Source: Pseudomonadota bacterium
GTDB lineage: Bacteria > Pseudomonadota > Alphaproteobacteria > Rhizobiales > CAJQND01
Direction: 5' to 3'
DNA length: 50,146 nucleotides
Assembly (NCBI GenBank): GCA_039180225.1
Contig: JBCDDQ010000001.1
Span: 1 to 50,146, forward strand
The notes under the pieces were generated by a model that worked only from the letters and a program-made list of their open reading frames with translations, had not been told where the DNA came from and made no database searches. The position numbers and the translations under genes are program-made. This document shows, piece after piece, positions 46,300 through 50,146 of this stretch. The stretch's first letter is position 1. Each line of letters opens with the position of its first letter.

Positions 46300-46670
46300 A
46301 GTGCCGGTGTTCGCACCGGCTATGGCGATAAATGGCTGTCGTAATAAACCATTCGGACCCGGGGGCAGTACCCGGCACCTCCACCACAAGCTGTTCGGCG
46401 TCGAACAACAGATGGGTGGCACCAAATCCCTGATAAACCGGCGAAAAACGGTTTCTGATGGGGGTGAAACAGGCTCGACGAGGGTGTAAAGGGCAAGTTT
46501 TCGCTCGGCATGGTACCGCCGTATCGGGCCATTCTAATAGTTGCAAACGACAACTATGCTGAGGCACGTCTCGCTGCGTAAGCAGTGCGACTGTTTCGAT
46601 TTAAGCCCTGATCCGTAGCAGGCTCAGGCGGGGTTCGGCGGGCACCTGGCAACAGAAGCCCGCCATTTTC
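46300..46670 (+). ncRNA. ssrA: Two-piece (circularly permuted) tmRNA
   Basis: The acceptor piece ends CACCTCC-A-CCA at 46376..46386. The coding piece begins GGGGGTG at 46460..46466 and pairs with it, including G3:U70, followed by AAACAGGCTCGACGAGGG. The tag ORF at 46543..46581 reads ANDNYAEARLAA*. The terminal hairpin is GGCGGGC/GCCCGCC plus ATTTT (46637..46669). The outer ends are approximate. Confidence 0.88.
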
Positions 46671-46778
46671 CCGCCATGCAGATTGCGAAGCGTGGAGAAA
46701 TGGTACACTAGCGTAACGTTTCGGTTACTTTCGTAGCCTAGATTTTAGTTCCTCAACCAAGCAGAGGAATCGACGGCA

Positions 46779-47438
46779 ATGCCAGAAGATCAAATGCGGT
46801 ATGATCTGCTGGCCCAGCAGGCGCTCAGAGGCGTTGTTCGGGCCGCATTGGAACGTGTCCGCGTGGATGGATTGCCGGGCGAGCACCATTTCTACATTGC
46901 CTTCGACACCACGCACCCGGGCTCCAAGTTGTCAGACCGCCTGAGACGCAAATATCCCGAAGAGATGACCGTCGTGCTCCAGCACCAGTTCTGGGGCCTT
47001 GAGGTGCGCGACGATGGTTTCAACGTGGAGCTTTCGTTCGACAATATCCCGGAAAAGCTGGAAGTGCCGTTTGCCGCGATCCGCGGGTTCTTCGATCCGC
47101 ACGTGCAGTTTGGTCTGCAGTTCGAGATGGAGGAGGCCAACCAGAACGACACCTCCAAGGAAGACGGGGCGGAGGGCGCATCGGGCCCGAAAATGGCCAT
47201 CGTGGCCAAGGAGGCCCAAGAGCCGGACAATCAGGACACCAAGCCGGAGACCGAGGCCAAGGACGAGGCGCCCGCTGATGCGGCGGCAGAGGCTGAAGCG
47301 GACGCTGATGAAACCGAAACCGGCGCTGATGAAACCGAAACCGGCGCGGCTGGAAGCGAAACCGGTGAGGCCGACGAAACCAACGAGACCAAGGAAGAGG
47401 CCAAGGTGGTAAGCCTCGATGCCTTCCGCAAAAACTAA
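46779..47438 (+). CDS. sspB: Alpha-proteobacterial SspB-type ClpXP adaptor
   Basis: HHFYIAFDTTHPG...YPEEMTVVLQHQFWGLEV...FDPHVQFGLQFE matches the SspB-alpha fold signature. A long acidic linker and a short C-terminal ClpX-binding-like tail (KVVSLDAFRKN) follow. Confidence 0.7.
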   Translation: MPEDQMRYDLLAQQALRGVVRAALERVRVDGLPGEHHFYIAFDTTHPGSKLSDRLRRKYPEEMTVVLQHQFWGLEVRDDGFNVELSFDNIPEKLEVPFAAIRGFFDPHVQFGLQFEMEEANQNDTSKEDGAEGASGPKMAIVAKEAQEPDNQDTKPETEAKDEAPADAAAEAEADADETETGADETETGAAGSETGEADETNETKEEAKVVSLDAFRKN

Positions 47439-47455
47439 AAAGGTTCAATTGCACT

Positions 47456-48457
47456 TTGCTTGAGACCCTGACGCTGAGATCGGTAGTGAGCGTTTTGGCC
47501 TTGAGTACGGGGGTGCTCGGCGCGCCGGACCTTGCGCGCGCGCAGACGCCTGGCGATGCCATTGGCGATCTCATCAAGGAAGTTGTGGTGCCCCGGGCCA
47601 AGCCCGAAGGCCTTTCGAACCGGAACGTTGCGGCCAAGCGGCTGTTCGGCGCCAAGAAGAAGGCCGCCCGGCTGAGGCCCAATGCCTATGGCTCCTACAC
47701 CCGCGGCTGTCTGGCCGGCGCAGAGCAGCTTGAGGCCACCGGGCCGGCCTGGCAGGCCATGCGCCTGTCGCGCAACCGCCATTGGGGTCATCCGAAACTG
47801 GTAGCGCTGGTGCGGCGCCTGGCGGTGGAAGCCAAGCAGCATGACGGCTGGAACGGACTTTTGGTGGGCGATCTCTCCCAGCCGCGCGGCGGGCCCATGA
47901 CCAGCGGCCACCGGTCTCACCAAATCGGGCTTGATGCCGATATCTGGCTCAACCCCATGCCGAACCGCGAGCTCACCTACAATGAACGCGAGAAGATCTC
48001 CGCCAAATCCATGGTGCTCGACCGCAAGCGGCTGAACCGCAAGCGCTGGACCGAGGCCCATGCGCGCATTCTGTTCCGCACGGCGAACTATCACGAGGTG
48101 GAGCGCATCTTCGTTCACCCGCCGATCAAGAAGGAGATGTGCGAGTGGGCCACGCGCAAGGGCTTCAAGGACCGCAGCTGGCTGGGCAAGATCCGCGCCT
48201 ATTATGGCCACCACTACCACTTTCACATCCGCATCCGCTGTCCGCACGGGGCTGTGGGCTGTAAGGACCAGAAGCCGGCGCCGCGTGTTGATGATTGCGC
48301 CGACAATCTGGCCTATTGGATGGGCACCAAACCTTGGGTGAAGCCGAAGAAGAAGAAGGGCGCAAAGAAGAAGAAACCCAAAAAGGTGTACAAGCCCTTC
48401 GTGGTGCAGATGAAGCACCTGCCCAGAGCCTGCCGGACGGTGCTGAACGCCAAGTAG
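47456..48457 (+). CDS. mepA: Penicillin-insensitive murein endopeptidase (peptidase M74)
   Basis: HRSHQIGLDADIW and HHYHFHIRIRCP metal-ligand motifs, with a signal peptide. The TTG start at 47456 is uncertain. Confidence 0.8.
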   Translation: MLETLTLRSVVSVLALSTGVLGAPDLARAQTPGDAIGDLIKEVVVPRAKPEGLSNRNVAAKRLFGAKKKAARLRPNAYGSYTRGCLAGAEQLEATGPAWQAMRLSRNRHWGHPKLVALVRRLAVEAKQHDGWNGLLVGDLSQPRGGPMTSGHRSHQIGLDADIWLNPMPNRELTYNEREKISAKSMVLDRKRLNRKRWTEAHARILFRTANYHEVERIFVHPPIKKEMCEWATRKGFKDRSWLGKIRAYYGHHYHFHIRIRCPHGAVGCKDQKPAPRVDDCADNLAYWMGTKPWVKPKKKKGAKKKKPKKVYKPFVVQMKHLPRACRTVLNAK

Positions 48458-48573
48458 CGCCGGGTGATGTCAACCATCAAGGCCAAATAGCGCGAATTTG
48501 CGTTGTGCCATGAGGGTTTACGCGAAATTGGGTTCGTTTTGCAGAATTTTCGATTTTGTGGGGTGGTACGGCC

Positions 48574-48719
48574 GATCATCCCCGCCTTCTCGCCCGTCAG
48601 CCCCGCCTTCTCGCCCGTCATCCCCGCCCTCTCCGCCGTCATCCCCGCGAACGCGGGGACCCAGAGCCGCCGGGCTCCGAACGTGCCACTCCTGGGTTCC
48701 CGCGTTCGCGGGAATGACG
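48574..48719 (+). repeat. Three 21-bp tandem repeats fused to an 83-bp family B palindromic element
   Basis: The 21-mers are at 48574..48594, 48595..48615 and 48616..48636 ((c/g)(g/a)tca(t/g)ccccgcc(t/c)tctc(g/c)(c/g)c). They are followed by CGTCATCCCCGCGAACGCGGGGAC (48637..48660), which is inverted against GTTCCCGCGTTCGCGGGAATGACG (48696..48719). Confidence 0.8.
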
Positions 48720-48732
48720 AGGTTTTGGGGCG

Positions 48733-48808
48733 GCGTCCTTGCGTGCGCGAGGACCTTCTCAGCCAAGGGCTCGCTACGAGCTATGGGCCCTCGCGTCCGC
48801 AAGGGCGC
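48733..48808 (+). repeat. 76-bp MITE/REP-like element, family A, copy 2
   Basis: gcgtccttgcgtgcgcgaggaccttctcagccaaggg...tatgggccctcgcgtccgcaagggcgc. The termini are 11-bp inverted repeats with 1 mismatch, and each half forms a hairpin. Confidence 0.8.
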
Positions 48809-49094
48809 GGAAAGAGGGCGCATGTACAAAATTCAAAATATCCATCAAAAAGTGGCGCAACGCCCGCCCGTGCGCGTTGACCGTAAGTGCATGATTTTAC
48901 GCGGAAAATGAATACATTGCAAAATTTAGGAATTTTTTGCTTGACAGCGTGACGCTGTTATGGCCTTATCCCTCTACGCTGGCAACAGTTGGGCCCCCAA
49001 GCGGGGGCAATCCCTCAAAACCCCAAAATTTGACACAACGCTCAGGCATCACGCGCCTGGCGTCCTTCCCATTTTCAAACCGGAGATCCATTCC

Positions 49095-49712
49095 ATGGCA
49101 AACGATCTGACGTTCTTCACCAACCCCATGTCCCGCGGGCGCATCGTGCGGTGGATGTTGGAGGAGGTGGGCTGCGCCTATGACACCGAGGTGCTGGAGT
49201 ATGGCACCAGCATCAAGGGACCGCACTATCTGGCCATCAATCCCATGGGCAAGGTGCCGGCGATCCGTCATGGGGACCAGCTGGTCACCGAATGCGCCGC
49301 CATTTGCGCCTATCTGGCCGACGCCTTTCCGGAGGCCGGCCTTGCCCCGCCACCGGGCGCGCGAGGGGCGTATTACCGCTGGCTGTTCTTCGCTGCGGGA
49401 CCCATGGAAGCTGCCGTCTTGAACCGGTCTCTCGGGTTTGAGGTGCCGGGCGATAAGGAGGGGACGGTGGGGTATGGAACCTACGAGGCAACGTTTGAGA
49501 CGGCGATCAAGGCGGTGAGCGGCGGGGGTTTCGTGGCGGGCCCCGCATTCTCGGCGGCGGATATCTATATGGGCTCGCACATTGGCTGGGGTTTACAATT
49601 CAAGACCATTGAGGCGCGGCCGGAGTTTGAGGCGTATTGGGCGAAGGTCAGCGACCGGGAGGCCTACCGACGGGCCGCCGAGCTCGACGATGCCTTGCTG
49701 GAGGGCGGCTAA
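49095..49712 (+). CDS. Glutathione S-transferase family protein
   Basis: SRGRIVRWMLEEVG, the INPMGKVPAI GSH-site motif and a C-terminal helical domain. Start at ATG 49095 after a GGAGA RBS. Confidence 0.8.
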   Translation: MANDLTFFTNPMSRGRIVRWMLEEVGCAYDTEVLEYGTSIKGPHYLAINPMGKVPAIRHGDQLVTECAAICAYLADAFPEAGLAPPPGARGAYYRWLFFAAGPMEAAVLNRSLGFEVPGDKEGTVGYGTYEATFETAIKAVSGGGFVAGPAFSAADIYMGSHIGWGLQFKTIEARPEFEAYWAKVSDREAYRRAAELDDALLEGG

Positions 49713-49716
49713 AGCG

Positions 49717-49792
49717 GCGTCCTTGCGCACGCGAGGACCTTCTCAGCCAAGGGATCGATGTGAGCTATGGGCCCTCGCGTCCGCAAGGGCAC
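49717..49792 (+). repeat. 76-bp MITE/REP-like element, family A, copy 3
   Basis: Collinear with 48733..48808, differing only in the hairpin loops and the central spacer. Confidence 0.8.
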
Positions 49793-49801
49793 GCTGAGGT
49801 C

Positions 49802-49849
49802 GATCATCCCCGCTCTCACCACCGTCATCCTGCTTGCGCGGCGATGACG
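49802..49849 (+). repeat. Family B element, short form (one 21-mer plus a CGTCATC...GATGACG hairpin)
   Basis: gatcatccccgctctcaccac resembles the 48574 21-mer. It is followed by cgtcatcctgcttgcgcggcgatgacg. Confidence 0.6.
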
Positions 49850-49877
49850 AAGAGGGGGGCGGGCGGGGTCTGCGTGC

Positions 49878-50146
49878 TCAATTGTTCAGCGTGCTGTATT
49901 TCTCCAACTGCCGCTTGTGCCGTTCTGTTCTCACCGCGCAAACGCGCGCGGGCGACTGTGGAGAGATGTCGGCCCATTCCCGTTCGAGCCGGGCGTGGTG
50001 ATTGCGCCTGTGCTCTGGCGAGGCCGGTGGGGTCACGCCAAGTCTGCGCAAGGCCACGAACAAAGACTCGCGAACCTCCAATGTGTCGTTGGTGTGCCAC
50101 AGCTCCAGAAGCTTCTCTTCGGCCACATCCCTGGCCGGCGCGCCGA
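49878..50146 (-). CDS. Hypothetical protein, possibly partial (frame open to the right window edge)
   Basis: The ORF has a GTG at 50126, but the frame stays open to 50146. No family recognised. Confidence 0.3.
   Translation of the reverse strand, partial: GAPARDVAEEKLLELWHTNDTLEVRESLFVALRRLGVTPPASPEHRRNHHARLEREWADISPQSPARVCAVRTERHKRQLEKYSTLNN

Noticed and set aside
46295-46567. ORFs of 62-90 aa on both strands over 46.3-46.6 kb
   Set aside because: The region is fully explained by the two-piece tmRNA. The only genuine reading frame there is the 12-codon tag.
48574-48660. Possible CRISPR array (regular 21-bp repeats)
   Set aside because: The units are directly abutting with no spacers, there are only about 3.5 copies, and no cas genes are present. 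It is a tandem repeat.
48498-48911. ORFs of 125-137 aa (both strands) spanning 48.5-48.9 kb
   Set aside because: They are translations of the tandem 21-mers and palindromic repeats (PSRPSAPPSRPS, VIPANAGTQ-type peptides). The same holds for 15270..15551 and 49582..49797 over family A copies.
48940-49094. Candidate small RNA or structured leader after a CTTGACA-type promoter upstream of the GST gene
   Set aside because: There are only short 5-6 bp hairpins and no terminator, and I recognise no conserved motif. It is most simply a 5' UTR.

Overview
High-GC chromosomal segment from an alphaproteobacterium. The class call rests on a circularly permuted two-piece tmRNA with an ANDNYAEARLAA tag. 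No searches or computations were run: every call comes from reading the translations and the DNA, and GC statements are by eye.

Most of the window is housekeeping or metabolic:
- a four-carbon acid-sugar kinase/decarboxylase cluster
- acyl-CoA dehydrogenase
- glnK-amtB with a sigma54-type promoter
- gph, gabD, rpiA, gentisate dioxygenase, gor, a LOG-family protein, class II DAHP synthase, cysS, cimA, ybdK, a PhzF-like protein, ssrA-sspB, mepA and a GST

Accessory or unusual content:
1. A head-to-head inverted duplication of Stf0 sulfotransferase 5' ends at the left edge. One copy is too short to appear in the ORF track.
2. A TPR / glycosyltransferase-like / sulfotransferase-like fusion protein.
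3. A lone papain-like (C1) protease fused to an alpha/beta-hydrolase, behind an AT-rich upstream region.
4. A lower-GC AraC / TonB-receptor / siderophore-reductase islet, bounded by an IS30 transposase remnant and by a frameshift in a G5 run of cimA.
5. A run of five envelope-directed genes. It includes an exported caspase-Sel1-PG-binding protein and a membrane-anchored TIR protein paired with a secreted SH3 protein. This TIR/SH3 pair is my best candidate for an undescribed system.
6. Two families of MITE/REP-like intergenic repeats.
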